DNA of 64,000 bases from Gammaproteobacteria bacterium (GCA_029862125.1 JAOTXY010000001.1:26025-90024); one strand, 5' to 3'; shown: positions 20,201-30,573, numbered from the stretch's first letter. Notes: generated from the letters alone by a model not told the origin. Numbers and translations: made by a program.

Positions 20201-22045
20201 ATGCATCTGAATCAACGTTTTGGCTTGACCATGATTATCGCGACCCTGCTGGTCATGGTTGCGACTGTCTATCTCCTGTTCGACTTTCAGCGTAACAATC
20301 GCGAGGATATGGCACGCGCCCAGGGCCTTGAATTAGCACGCCTTTTGAGCGGCATGTCATGGAGTGAGCTGGTACCGCAAGCAGGCAGAAAGGGGCTACT
20401 CGCAGTGCTTAAGCAAGGACAAAGCAACCCCGACTTTGCTTATGGCGCGGTGGTTGACATCGATGGCAAGGTCGCAACCGAGGTCACTCGTTCGGACGTC
20501 ATCGTGCCTGTCGGTGATATTATCAACGAACCAACCGGCTGGTTAGGACAACGTGTTCTCTCCGCGAATGACGCCGCTAGCCAGGTTAAATTTATCGAAA
20601 CACATGCCCCGGTATTTGACCAGGGTGTGCATATGGGTTTTGTACGGCTTGGATATTTCCGACCCGGTTTCAGTTTCAGCTACTACGAAATGCCATTTCT
20701 GGCGTCTGTGATGCTGCCGATATTCCTGCTGGTACCTTTCTTTTACTTCATGCTACGCCGCGAAATCAAACCGCTTAAAGACATCAGCGAGCGATTTGAA
20801 AATATAGCCGAGCAGGGAGGTTTAACCCAGATCGAAATGCCTCCAAGCCAGGCATTGAACGATTTCATGGAGCAGGTCAGCGACTACATCGATGCTACCC
20901 AAACCCGGATCGAAGTGTTAAACCAGGAACACGAAGATCTGACGATGTCGAGCAAGTTGCTGACCTATAAAAATAATCGCGTCGACGCCATCCTGCAGAA
21001 TTTTCCCGACGCCATCATGGTGATCGACGAAGCCGGCGAAGTCAGTTACGCCAACGCTAAAGTTGAACGTTTGCTCGGGATTGATGCCGAAGCAATGCTC
21101 GGCAAGAAAACCCGCGAGTGGTGCAAAGATCCGCAGATTATCCCGCTACTGACTTTCGGTGACGTCAAATCGAACCTGCAGGCCAACCAGGATACGGTTC
21201 AGGTCAGGCTGGATGATAACAGTGAAAAATCTCTACAGTTCAGTGTCTACCCGTTGTTCACGCCAAACAATGAGAGCAAAATCCTGGGCCGCCTGGTAGT
21301 TATCTGCGACGTATCCGAGAGCCACGAGATGCGCCAGCGCCAGAACGAATTTATCTCGCATATCTCGCATGAACTAAAAACACCGCTCAGCGTGCTGTCG
21401 ATGTACAGCGAATCGCTTTTGACCGAGGGCTCCGACGATGAAGCCTACCGCATCGAGGCGGTGAACGTGATTCATGACGAGGTCGAACGGCTGTCGACCC
21501 TGATCAATAACCTGCTCGCAATCAACCAATACGAACTCGGTGGGGTCATCGCGCAGCGTAATCATGTGCGCTTACACGAGTTTCTCGAGGATGCGTTTGA
21601 AAATATCACCAAGGCCAGGGGTATCAAAGATCTTGAGTTCGACCTCGATATTCCGCGTGAAATGAGCATGGTTTATATCGATAAGGATTTATTCCGAATA
21701 GCAGTAAATAACCTGCTGACCAATGCGATCAAGTACAGCAAACCTGGTGGCAAAGTCAGCATGAGCGCCAGTGAAAACGAAGACAGCATCGAAATCGTGG
21801 TCAGCGATGAGGGTTATGGCATCGCCGAGACCGATATAAAGCAGATATTTAATAAATTTTTCCGCTCAACGGACAAAAACATCAGAAATCAGACCGGGCA
21901 TGGCCTGGGCCTGTCGTTGGCGCGCCAGATCGTGTTAATGCACCACGGCGACCTGACCTGTAGCAGTGAACTCGGCAAGGGTAGTCGCTTTGTTATTCAA
22001 CTGGAGAAGGTTTCGACACAGATTATGGATGCCGCCGCGTCATGA
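20201..22045 (+). CDS. Membrane sensor histidine kinase (TM-periplasmic-TM, PAS, HisKA, HATPase)
   Basis: Two TM segments, PAS (DAIMVIDEAGEVSYAN), H-box SHELKTPL, N-box NLLTNAIKY, G-boxes DEGYGI and GHGLGL. Confidence 0.92.
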   Translation: MHLNQRFGLTMIIATLLVMVATVYLLFDFQRNNREDMARAQGLELARLLSGMSWSELVPQAGRKGLLAVLKQGQSNPDFAYGAVVDIDGKVATEVTRSDVIVPVGDIINEPTGWLGQRVLSANDAASQVKFIETHAPVFDQGVHMGFVRLGYFRPGFSFSYYEMPFLASVMLPIFLLVPFFYFMLRREIKPLKDISERFENIAEQGGLTQIEMPPSQALNDFMEQVSDYIDATQTRIEVLNQEHEDLTMSSKLLTYKNNRVDAILQNFPDAIMVIDEAGEVSYANAKVERLLGIDAEAMLGKKTREWCKDPQIIPLLTFGDVKSNLQANQDTVQVRLDDNSEKSLQFSVYPLFTPNNESKILGRLVVICDVSESHEMRQRQNEFISHISHELKTPLSVLSMYSESLLTEGSDDEAYRIEAVNVIHDEVERLSTLINNLLAINQYELGGVIAQRNHVRLHEFLEDAFENITKARGIKDLEFDLDIPREMSMVYIDKDLFRIAVNNLLTNAIKYSKPGGKVSMSASENEDSIEIVVSDEGYGIAETDIKQIFNKFFRSTDKNIRNQTGHGLGLSLARQIVLMHHGDLTCSSELGKGSRFVIQLEKVSTQIMDAAAS

Positions 22046-22431
22046 ATAAAATTTTAATCGCAGACGATGAACCGCATGTACTGCGGGTACTGAAACTCTC
22101 GCTCGAGAAAGAGGGCTACGCGGTGGAAACCTGTGCCAACGGCAAGGAGGCCCTCACCCAGCTCGAACAGCAACATCCCGATATCCTGATTACCGATATC
22201 CAGATGCCGCAGATGACCGGCGAGGAATTGTGTCGGCATATCAAGCAGCATATGCCCGAGCGCAAATTCCTGATTTTCGTACTCACCTCGCGCACCGAAA
22301 TCGAACACCGCGAGTGGTCACGCGATATCAACAATTTACTGTTTCTCGAAAAACCGGTCAGCATCCGCAACCTGTTGGAAAAGATCGAGGGTTACTTTTC
22401 TGGAGCATCCGATAGTTGGAGGGCATCCTGA
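22042..22431 (+). CDS. Single-domain response regulator (REC)
   Basis: ILIADDE, ITDIQMP (phospho-Asp), LTS, KP; ATGA overlap with the kinase gene. Confidence 0.92.
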   Translation: MNKILIADDEPHVLRVLKLSLEKEGYAVETCANGKEALTQLEQQHPDILITDIQMPQMTGEELCRHIKQHMPERKFLIFVLTSRTEIEHREWSRDINNLLFLEKPVSIRNLLEKIEGYFSGASDSWRAS

Positions 22432-24629
22432 TGGCTACCGTGCCTGACAGCAGCGTTCATTTTGATCATTATCTTACCCTGCTGAAGGGTTTTTGCCCGG
22501 ATGTGCGGGCGATGGTCGTGTTCGATCACGAGCAAAGTTGCATCTGGCAGGGCGACGCCAGTCCCCTTGATCTGGATCAGGTGGTACCCCAGCTGAAGTC
22601 ATTCCGTGCAGGTGACAGCGATGACGTACGGGTAACACTTGGCGACAACGCTAGCCTCGAGCTGATCAACCTGAGAAACACACACGGGGAAATAGCGCTA
22701 ACCCTGGGTATCGAGGCCGTGGACAAGACTGTACAAGCGGTGGCGGCGAACCAAAATATTGGCTTGCTGAATGAATTTTTACTGGCTGACTACGAACAAA
22801 GCCTGGCGCTCGCGACCAAGGAAGACGAGCTCAACCATATGACCGACGAGCTCACCCGACGTTACGAAGAACTCAACCTGATCTACAAGGCCGAGGACCA
22901 GGCGCTCAATATTTACCATGGACGCGAACTGTTGCGACAGCTGGTGATGAATACATCGCGTTTCCTTAACGTCGATATTATTTTTCTCTACATCGCGGGC
23001 AAAAATATCGCGATGCATAAATACAAAAACGATAATCCGTTGTTCGAATCGGACAAACTGTTTGACTATCTGCGTGACTCGGTTTACCCGTTACTCGAAA
23101 CCGATCCGCAGTCCCTCGTCATCAACCATATCGAAGACGCCAGAATGCATAATTTCACCCAGAATACGCCGTACAAACATGTCGTCAGCCCGGTCGTCAA
23201 CGCCGAAAATCAGGTTATCGGACTGCTCGCGATTGCGAGCCAGAATTTCAGTGTTGATTTCTCCAATAGCGATCGAAACCTGCTCGACGTGATGTCGAAA
23301 AAGGCCTCCAAGATCGCCCAGTCCCATTTCGATCCCTTAACTGGGCTTGAAAATAGCAACAGTTTTGAACTCATCATCAAGGATTTGTTAAAACAATCTT
23401 CGGGTACAGATGTTAACCACGCCATCGCTAATGTTGACATTGATCGTATGGCGGTGGTGAACGATATCAGCGGACGCGATGTGGGTGATCTGTTGATTAA
23501 GAAGGTTGGGCAGAAACTCGCCAGCATGGTGCGCTCGCGCGATGTGGTGGCGCGCATCGGTAGCGACAAGTTCGGAGTGTTACTGGAAAATTGCGATTTG
23601 CCGACAGCACAAATCGTCATGAAAAAAATTTCCCATGCGGTCTCTGCCATAGATTTTAAATGGGAGGGCGAGTCACACGAAATCAGCGTCAGTATCGGTA
23701 TCGCCCCGATCACCGCCGAAACGCAGTCGGTGACCAGCCTCATGAATGCTGCCGAAACTGCGCGTAACGTGAGCAAGGAACGTGGTCGTAACAGCATCCA
23801 TGTGCTCGATCTGGAAGACAGCAATTTACTGGAGCGCAAGGACCAGATTCGCTGGGTTGGGCTAATTCAGGCAGCGTTGCGCGAAGACCAGTTCATGCTG
23901 TATGCGCAATTGATCAAGCCTTTAAAGACAAAAACGGCTAAACCACATTACGAACTACTGTTACGTATGCGGGGTAATGATGGCAGTGTAATTCCACCTG
24001 GGAAGTTTCTGCCCGCCGCAGAAAACTTTTACCTGATGTCGAGCATTGATTACTGGGTGATCGGCCAGGCTTTCAGCGAGCTAGCCAAGCATAACCGGGA
24101 ATCCGGACAGGGATGTGAGGTCTCGATCAACCTGTCGGGACAGTCGCTGAGCGACCCGGTCGGTTTTGCCGCTTATATTGGTAATAAACTCGAGCAACAT
24201 CAGTTGGACCCTAGTGATATCTGTTTCGAAATTACCGAGTCATCTGCGATCGAAAATATTGATGATGCCCGCTTTTTTATCGATCAGGTAGGAGCTTACG
24301 GTTGTCAGTTTTCACTCGACGATTTTGGCACCGGCCTCAGTTCCTTTGCCTACCTCAAAAACCTTAAAGTCAGTTACCTGAAGATCGATGGCAGCTTCGT
24401 TACCGACATCGTCACAGACCCGGTCAGCGAGAGCATGGTCTCGGCGATCAACCAGGTGGGGCATGCAATGCAGTTGCAAACGATTGCCGAATTCGTCGAA
24501 AACGATGCGATTGCGCAAAAGCTTGTCGACATCGGTGTCGATTATGGACAGGGTTATGGTTTCGGCAAGCCCGTACCATTCGATGAAATCCTATCCTCGC
24601 TGCCGAGCTCGAAATCGAAGTCGGCGTAG
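22431..24629 (+). CDS. GAF-like + degenerate GGDEF + EAL protein (probable c-di-GMP phosphodiesterase)
   Basis: DPLTGL precedes a GGDEF domain whose motif reads GSDKF (degenerate); the EAL domain keeps ELLLR, SINLS, FEITE, DDFGTG, KIDGSF, AEFVE, QGY. Confidence 0.88.
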   Translation: MATVPDSSVHFDHYLTLLKGFCPDVRAMVVFDHEQSCIWQGDASPLDLDQVVPQLKSFRAGDSDDVRVTLGDNASLELINLRNTHGEIALTLGIEAVDKTVQAVAANQNIGLLNEFLLADYEQSLALATKEDELNHMTDELTRRYEELNLIYKAEDQALNIYHGRELLRQLVMNTSRFLNVDIIFLYIAGKNIAMHKYKNDNPLFESDKLFDYLRDSVYPLLETDPQSLVINHIEDARMHNFTQNTPYKHVVSPVVNAENQVIGLLAIASQNFSVDFSNSDRNLLDVMSKKASKIAQSHFDPLTGLENSNSFELIIKDLLKQSSGTDVNHAIANVDIDRMAVVNDISGRDVGDLLIKKVGQKLASMVRSRDVVARIGSDKFGVLLENCDLPTAQIVMKKISHAVSAIDFKWEGESHEISVSIGIAPITAETQSVTSLMNAAETARNVSKERGRNSIHVLDLEDSNLLERKDQIRWVGLIQAALREDQFMLYAQLIKPLKTKTAKPHYELLLRMRGNDGSVIPPGKFLPAAENFYLMSSIDYWVIGQAFSELAKHNRESGQGCEVSINLSGQSLSDPVGFAAYIGNKLEQHQLDPSDICFEITESSAIENIDDARFFIDQVGAYGCQFSLDDFGTGLSSFAYLKNLKVSYLKIDGSFVTDIVTDPVSESMVSAINQVGHAMQLQTIAEFVENDAIAQKLVDIGVDYGQGYGFGKPVPFDEILSSLPSSKSKSA

Positions 24630-24635
24630 ATAATC

Positions 24636-26717
24636 GTGTCCGACGCGAATATAGTCAGTATTGAAGAAGGCTTAAGCCCGGGAACGGTCACTAAAAACCG
24701 GGTCGGGGCAATGACCCATCTGTTCCCGCGTGGAAATCTGACCGACCCCGAATTGCTGGACGCGTTAAGTGCGGCGGTCGACGAAAGCATTGCCAGCCAG
24801 GAAGTACAGTTGATCATCGACATGGTGAGCGTATCCCTGATCGACAGCAAAGCCCTCGAATCCCTGTTTGACCTGCGCCAGGACCTTGCCAGGGCCGGTG
24901 GCTGGTTGAAAGTCACCAATGCCAAGCCGCTGATCCGTGACATATTCCTGGTAACCGGCCTGGACCAGGTCATCGATATCGTCAACAGTTTTAATATCGA
25001 TAAACCCGAGGTGGTCAGGCCTGACACGACCAGCAGCGAGGGTATTCGCATAGGTGATCTGCTGGTTAACAAGGGACTGCTATCCAAGGAAAAAGTCGAA
25101 GAGGCGATCGTACTGCAGAAAAAGAGCGGTAAGCGTCTGGGGCAGATTATCGTCAGCAAGGGCTGGGTCAGCGAAGACGTTTTCCTGACCGCACTCGGTG
25201 AACAGTTGGGGATTCCCCACATTGTTATGCGCCAGGGACTGGTTGATCACGACGTTTTTACCCAGCTAGAGTTAGAGGTGTCACAAAGACTCAAGGTGGT
25301 ACCGATGTTCCTGGTGCACGGTGAGCTTACATTGGCGACGTCGGATCCACAGGCCATTGCCAGTTTCAGCGAAATCGAAGAGCGGCTGGACTGCAAGATC
25401 CGCCCGGTACTGGTTCGCAAAAGCGACATCGTCAAGAGCCTGAACGAAGCTGGTTCCGGCAGTATCTACGATGCCGAGAATCTCGAGGATCTCGACGACG
25501 ATTTCGAGTTTATCGACAACACGCCTCCGGATGATTATACCGGAATCGATGAAATGGCAGCGGGTAGCCCGGTCATCAACATGGTGAATTCGATTATTCA
25601 ACGCGCGGTGCACGACAAGGTCAGCGATATCCACATCGAGCCCTCGCAAAAAAAGTGTCGCGTGCGGTTCCGCATCGACGGTTTGCTGTACGAAGTCATG
25701 ACGCCGCGTATCGAGCTGCACCCGGCCCTGGTGTCTCGCCTCAAGGTTATGGCCAACCTCGATATCGCCGAACGCCGCATGCCACAGGATGGTCGCATCC
25801 AGGTGCATACCCAGGGACGCTCGGTAGACCTGCGCTTCAGCTCCCTGCCCGGGTTACACGGGGAAAAAGTGGTGCTGCGCGTACTCGACAAGAACCAGTC
25901 AATTCTCGATATCGAAAAACTCGGTATGCAGGAACCCAATGTCATTACCTACAAGCGCCTGCTGGATCGCAGTTACGGCTTGATCCTCGTCACCGGGCCC
26001 ACCGGTAGTGGTAAAACCACGAGCCTGTACTCGGCGATTAACTATCTCAACAGCCTCGAAAAAAACATCGTCACCATCGAGGACCCGGTCGAATACCAGC
26101 TCGATATCGTCAACCAGAACCCGGTGCGCGAAAATATCGGCCTGAGCTTTGCCAAGATGCTCAAGCACGTACTGCGCCAGGACCCCGACGTGGTCATGGT
26201 CGGTGAAATACGTGAACGTGAAACCGCGGAAATCGCGGTGCAGGCGGCCCTGACCGGGCACCTGGTGTTGTCCACGCTGCACACCAACGACAGCATCGGC
26301 GCGGTCACGCGCATGATCGACATGGGGGTCGAACCTTACCTGCTGTCCTCGGCCCTGATAGGTGTGGTCGCGCAGCGCCTGGTGCGCTCGATCTGCCCCA
26401 ATTGCAAGACCGAGTTTCTGGCGAGCCCCGAGATGATCGAGAAATACGGCTGGCAGGACCAGGGCAAGGTGCGCCTGTCCAAGGGCCGCGGCTGTGCCGA
26501 ATGCTACGATGCCGGCTATCGCGGGCGTATGGGTATCCACGAAATTATCGAAACCAATCCCGAGCTGCAGCGCCTGATCATCGCCAACGCGTCGCGCGAT
26601 GAACTCACCGATTATCTGAACCAGCACGAGATCAAGCTGTTGTTCGATGATGGTATCGATCGCGTGCGCGAAGGCCAGACCACGATTGAAGAAATCTGGC
26701 GCGCGGTCAACAGCTAG
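24636..26717 (+). CDS. Type IV filament assembly ATPase (PilB/MshE/GspE family) with N-terminal STAS and MshEN domains
   Basis: STAS-like N-terminus (LIIDMVSVSLIDSKAL...IFLVTGL); tandem MshEN motifs RIGDLLVNKGLL...Q and RLGQIIVSKGWV...Q; Walker A GPTGSGKTT, LRQDPDVVMVGEIR, two CxxC pairs. Confidence 0.93.
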   Translation: MSDANIVSIEEGLSPGTVTKNRVGAMTHLFPRGNLTDPELLDALSAAVDESIASQEVQLIIDMVSVSLIDSKALESLFDLRQDLARAGGWLKVTNAKPLIRDIFLVTGLDQVIDIVNSFNIDKPEVVRPDTTSSEGIRIGDLLVNKGLLSKEKVEEAIVLQKKSGKRLGQIIVSKGWVSEDVFLTALGEQLGIPHIVMRQGLVDHDVFTQLELEVSQRLKVVPMFLVHGELTLATSDPQAIASFSEIEERLDCKIRPVLVRKSDIVKSLNEAGSGSIYDAENLEDLDDDFEFIDNTPPDDYTGIDEMAAGSPVINMVNSIIQRAVHDKVSDIHIEPSQKKCRVRFRIDGLLYEVMTPRIELHPALVSRLKVMANLDIAERRMPQDGRIQVHTQGRSVDLRFSSLPGLHGEKVVLRVLDKNQSILDIEKLGMQEPNVITYKRLLDRSYGLILVTGPTGSGKTTSLYSAINYLNSLEKNIVTIEDPVEYQLDIVNQNPVRENIGLSFAKMLKHVLRQDPDVVMVGEIRERETAEIAVQAALTGHLVLSTLHTNDSIGAVTRMIDMGVEPYLLSSALIGVVAQRLVRSICPNCKTEFLASPEMIEKYGWQDQGKVRLSKGRGCAECYDAGYRGRMGIHEIIETNPELQRLIIANASRDELTDYLNQHEIKLLFDDGIDRVREGQTTIEEIWRAVNS

Positions 26718-26732
26718 GAACCGGGATAAAGC

Positions 26733-27854
26733 ATGGCGATTAACACCAGACAGCACGCGCTCGTGGCACAGGCATCAACCTCGTTGCCCGTGTCAAAACC
26801 AAAATTTCAGCTCAAGCAGGCCGTCGGTGACAAGGAACGCCGCTTCTTCACCGAGCAAATGTCTTTACTGCTGGAGACCGGCACCCCGCTACAGCAGAGC
26901 CTGCAGGCAATGAAAAAGCAGATTGAAAACCCGGCGATGCTCGAGCTGCTCGATCAACTCATCGACGATATCGCCCAGGGCGTACAGTTTTCGACCGCGC
27001 TGGCCAAGCATCCCACGGTTTTCTCCACCACCTATACCAACCTGGTTGCGGCGAGCGAGGAAGGTGGTTTCATGCACGAAGTACTGCAACAGCTGCTGGC
27101 CCTGGACGAGAAACGCGAAGAGTTGCGCAAGACCATGGTTTCGGCGCTGTCATACCCGGTATTCCTGCTGGTGTTTGCGTTGGCCGTAGTGGTGTTCGTG
27201 CTGGTGGTGGTGTTTCCGAAGTTTGCCGACCTGTTTTCGCAAATCCAGGACCAGTTACCCGTGACCACCAAATTCCTGATGGCCACCAGCAATGTTTTGA
27301 AAGATCACTGGATCGAGTTGACCGTTGGGCTGGTGGTGTCGATCGGCGGTTTCAAGTTCTGGTCCGCGACCGAAAACGGCATCCGCAAGCTCGACTGGGC
27401 CAAATTGAATTTCCCGCTGCTGCGGCACATTTTCGTCCAACTTTACCTGGTCAATACGATGCGGGTGTTGAGCATGTCGCTCGGCAACGGTGTGGGCATG
27501 ATGGATTCGCTGCATGCCTGCAAGTTTGTCGTTAAAAACAGCCTGTTCCAGGAATTTATCGGGCAGGTCGAAAACCAGGTCGAAACCGGCAACGGTATCG
27601 CCGCGGGCTTTCAGAATACCAGTTTCATTCCGCCGATCGTCGAACAGATGATCAGTACCGGCGAAGAAACCGGAAATTTACCTAAAGTTATGAGCCGCCT
27701 GGCCGATTATTTTGAAGGCGAGCTTTCCAGCAAGCTGCAAACCCTGTCGCGACTCGCAGAACCGGTCATGTTGCTGATTATGGGGGGTGTCGTGGGATTG
27801 ATCGTAAGTTCGCTGATATTGCCGATTTTCAAACTAACCCGGGTCGTTGGGTGA
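26733..27854 (+). CDS. Inner-membrane platform protein (PilC/GspF family)
   Basis: Two T2SSF-type domains (SEEGG, ALSYP; GEETGNL, AEP) with TM segments. Confidence 0.92.
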   Translation: MAINTRQHALVAQASTSLPVSKPKFQLKQAVGDKERRFFTEQMSLLLETGTPLQQSLQAMKKQIENPAMLELLDQLIDDIAQGVQFSTALAKHPTVFSTTYTNLVAASEEGGFMHEVLQQLLALDEKREELRKTMVSALSYPVFLLVFALAVVVFVLVVVFPKFADLFSQIQDQLPVTTKFLMATSNVLKDHWIELTVGLVVSIGGFKFWSATENGIRKLDWAKLNFPLLRHIFVQLYLVNTMRVLSMSLGNGVGMMDSLHACKFVVKNSLFQEFIGQVENQVETGNGIAAGFQNTSFIPPIVEQMISTGEETGNLPKVMSRLADYFEGELSSKLQTLSRLAEPVMLLIMGGVVGLIVSSLILPIFKLTRVVG

Positions 27855-27871
27855 GGAAAATCAATAGTTTA

Positions 27872-27887
27872 TGTTAATTGAATCACG
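27872..27887. promoter_or_regulatory. Possible CRP/Vfr-type site upstream of the major pilin gene
   Basis: TGTTA-N6-TCACG (8/10 match to TGTGA-N6-TCACA) in an AT-rich gap, with TATACT at 27927-27932. Confidence 0.3.
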
Positions 27888-27964
27888 GTTTTCAGCGATG
27901 CAGGCAAAAATTTGAAATATCGTGACTATACTCAAAAAAGCTAGATTTACTTGAATTTTAAAGG

Positions 27965-28546
27965 GTGAGAAAAATGCAACCAATCCGCAACGCAATCCAG
28001 AAGGGATTTACCCTCGTCGAACTGTTGATCGTGGTTATCATACTGGCGCTGCTGGCTGCCATCGTGGTGCCGCAGTTTGCGTCTTCCACCGATGACGCCA
28101 AGCTCGCATCGCTGGATACCACGCTAGGTAACGTGCGTTCCTCGATCGACCTGTACTTTCAGCAACACGGTGAATACCCGGGTGCGCTGACCGCGGTAGA
28201 CGCGGCCTGTGCTGACACCACTGGTACCGGCACCGGTGGTGCGGGTGCACAAGGCGTGCAGGCCTTTGCCGACCAGATGAGTCTGTATACCGACGCCGAT
28301 GGTGGCGCCTGCAGCGTCAAGGATGCCAACTTCAAATTCGGGCCCTATCTCAAGAAGGCAACGCTGCCTGCCAATCCGATCACCACAGTGGCCACGCTCG
28401 AAGTGATCAATACCGGCGACCTGGTGATGGCCGGAAGCGGTGCCAACCTCGGCTGGAAGTACGATATCGTGGTCGGCAAGTTTATTGCCAACGATACCAC
28501 CGACCCGGATGGCGCTGGTCCCGAAGTTTCCTACGACCAACGCTAG
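27965..28546 (+). CDS. Major type IV pilin / GspG-like pilin
   Basis: Class III signal peptide KG/FTLVELLIVVIILALLAAIVVP; IDLYFQQHGEYP; FGPYLKK...NP; one Cys pair. Start is GTG 27965 or ATG 27974. Confidence 0.9.
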   Translation: MRKMQPIRNAIQKGFTLVELLIVVIILALLAAIVVPQFASSTDDAKLASLDTTLGNVRSSIDLYFQQHGEYPGALTAVDAACADTTGTGTGGAGAQGVQAFADQMSLYTDADGGACSVKDANFKFGPYLKKATLPANPITTVATLEVINTGDLVMAGSGANLGWKYDIVVGKFIANDTTDPDGAGPEVSYDQR

Positions 28547-28557
28547 ATTGAAACAGT

Positions 28558-29142
28558 GTGTGTCTCGGGCGTTACCCCCAGGTTATAAAACGTAACACGC
28601 AGGCTGGCTTCAGCCTGCTGGAAATCTCTATCGTAGTACTCATCCTGGGGATCATGGCCATCGTCGTGATCCCCGATTCCGCTCCCGGCAACCAGCAAAA
28701 ACTCGATCTCGCCGCAAGCCAGATTGCGCAGGCGCTGCGCTTTGCGCACCGCGAGGCTTTGCGCACCGGCGAACATCATGGCGTCACCATCAGCCAGGTC
28801 ACGCAAACCATCACGGTCAAAAAATGGGACATGACGACCGACCCGGTCAGCACCGAGCTGATACCTTACCACCCGGTCAACAAGCAGAGTTTCGTCTTCG
28901 ATGCCGATACCATGAGTCTTGCCCCGGGCGTGTCGATCATCAACAGCAGTGATATTTTCAACTACATCAGCATCGGGCGTCGGCGTAGCCTGATCTTCGA
29001 CCCGCAAGGCGTGCCGGTGTGGGTGCTCGGTTCCGACGACAGCGTTTACCGTCTGCTCGACGGGATCGTACAACTCAGCGATGGCCAGAACCGGCGCGAC
29101 ATCGCGGTCGCACCGCTGACTGGCAGGGTGATGGTTAAATGA
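28558..29142 (+). CDS. Minor pilin (FimT/GspH-like)
   Basis: AG/FSLLEISIVVLILGIMA; LRFAHREAL; ends TGRV. True start is probably a few codons downstream. Confidence 0.85.
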   Translation: MCLGRYPQVIKRNTQAGFSLLEISIVVLILGIMAIVVIPDSAPGNQQKLDLAASQIAQALRFAHREALRTGEHHGVTISQVTQTITVKKWDMTTDPVSTELIPYHPVNKQSFVFDADTMSLAPGVSIINSSDIFNYISIGRRRSLIFDPQGVPVWVLGSDDSVYRLLDGIVQLSDGQNRRDIAVAPLTGRVMVK

Positions 29143-29561
29143 AACAACGGCAAGCGGGTTTCTCCTACCTGGAACTGCTGATCGCGACCCTGCTGATCGT
29201 GATCATGCTGGTGCCGGCGCTCGACGCTATGCAAAGCGGTATCCAGGGCAGTGGCATCCATACGCAACTGGCGCAGAACCAGTATCGAATGATCTCGAAG
29301 ATGGAAGAGACCCTGGCGCTGCCGTTTGCGCAGTTACTGGAACAGGCTGACCTGGTCGCCGACCCGACCGTGTTGATACCCGCACCCTTTTCTGATCCCG
29401 CAGGTACCGAATCCCGCCGCCTTGTGTTTCTGGCGCGTTACGATGGCGACAACGCCGATGGTAACGACAATCCGTTTAATGGTACCGATGAGGGTTTGCT
29501 GTGGGTACGGATTACGATCGAAAACAGCCCGCGTGCGCTGGAGACCGTGATCGTTGAATAG
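29139..29561 (+). CDS. Minor pilin (PilV/GspI-like)
   Basis: AG/FSYLELLIA class III signal; ATGA overlap with the previous gene. Confidence 0.85.
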   Translation: MKQRQAGFSYLELLIATLLIVIMLVPALDAMQSGIQGSGIHTQLAQNQYRMISKMEETLALPFAQLLEQADLVADPTVLIPAPFSDPAGTESRRLVFLARYDGDNADGNDNPFNGTDEGLLWVRITIENSPRALETVIVE

Positions 29562-30573
29562 CGTCCCACCAACCCGGTCGTCGCCGCGACTTCTCGCTGG
29601 TAAGCACGGTTTCACCTACGTCGAACTGATGATAACGCTCGCGATCGCGTCGCTGATCATTCTCGGCCTCACCGGTGTGGTCGGACAGGCACTGCAGTCG
29701 CAGGATACGGTCTCGGCGACCAATCAGTTGACGCGTGATGCGCGCTTTGCGATGCAACGCATGCTGCGCACGATTACCCATTCGCGTCGTTTACTGCTTC
29801 CATTCAGGGATAAACCGGCATCCAACTGGCCGGAAAATATACGTGAGCAAACCGTGCCGCCCTCCGCACCGATCGGAGATAGCACCTTCGCCACCGCGGT
29901 GCTCGCGGTGACGCTGCCGGCTTATGTTGACCTGGACAACGACGGCTTCCCGGATGCCGACGACGACAGGGATGGCCTGATCGACGAAGATTTACCGAAT
30001 GATAACAACCACGATTTCTTTCCCGGCATCATGCTCATCGACGACGACGGCGATGGTCAGATCGATGAGAACCCTTCCTACTGGTGGGACGATGACGAAA
30101 CCAACGCGGTTTACAACGAGGATCCGCTCAACGGTATTGACGACGACGATGATAATAACGTCGATGAAGACACGGCCAGCGACCAGAATGGTGACGGTTG
30201 CCCGGGAGTCTGTGGTGTCGACGATGATGGCGACGGATCGATCGATGAAGGCAACGACGATGACGATGACGAGGATGGAAATACTTTCGACGATCCTTAT
30301 GACCCAGTTGTCTTTTACCTGAACAGTGGGTCCCTGGTCGAACGCATGCCAGCGCCCTGGGACACCGACGGTATCAGCGTGCCCGATGGGCCGGTCGATG
30401 GGCGAGATTTTATCGAATCGGTGATTGCCGACAACGTCACCCGGTTTCGCGTCGAGCGCCTCGATAACGGTAGTGTGTTCGAAGTCATTGATCTCACGCT
30501 CGAACTCACCAGTCCGCTCACCGGCGAAACCGTGAGCCTGCAAGCCCAGGTCCGGGTCGGGGGTGCGTTGTGA
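29554..30573 (+). CDS. Minor pilin (PilW/GspJ-like) with an Asp-rich repeat insertion
   Basis: HG/FTYVELMI class III signal; central run of DxDxDG and (G/I)DDDGDGxIDE-like units. Confidence 0.85.
   Translation: MNSVPPTRSSPRLLAGKHGFTYVELMITLAIASLIILGLTGVVGQALQSQDTVSATNQLTRDARFAMQRMLRTITHSRRLLLPFRDKPASNWPENIREQTVPPSAPIGDSTFATAVLAVTLPAYVDLDNDGFPDADDDRDGLIDEDLPNDNNHDFFPGIMLIDDDGDGQIDENPSYWWDDDETNAVYNEDPLNGIDDDDDNNVDEDTASDQNGDGCPGVCGVDDDGDGSIDEGNDDDDDEDGNTFDDPYDPVVFYLNSGSLVERMPAPWDTDGISVPDGPVDGRDFIESVIADNVTRFRVERLDNGSVFEVIDLTLELTSPLTGETVSLQAQVRVGGAL

Noticed and set aside
22431-24629. Active diguanylate cyclase in the GGDEF-EAL protein
   Set aside because: The signature reads GSDKF, so cyclase activity is unlikely; the EAL motifs are intact.
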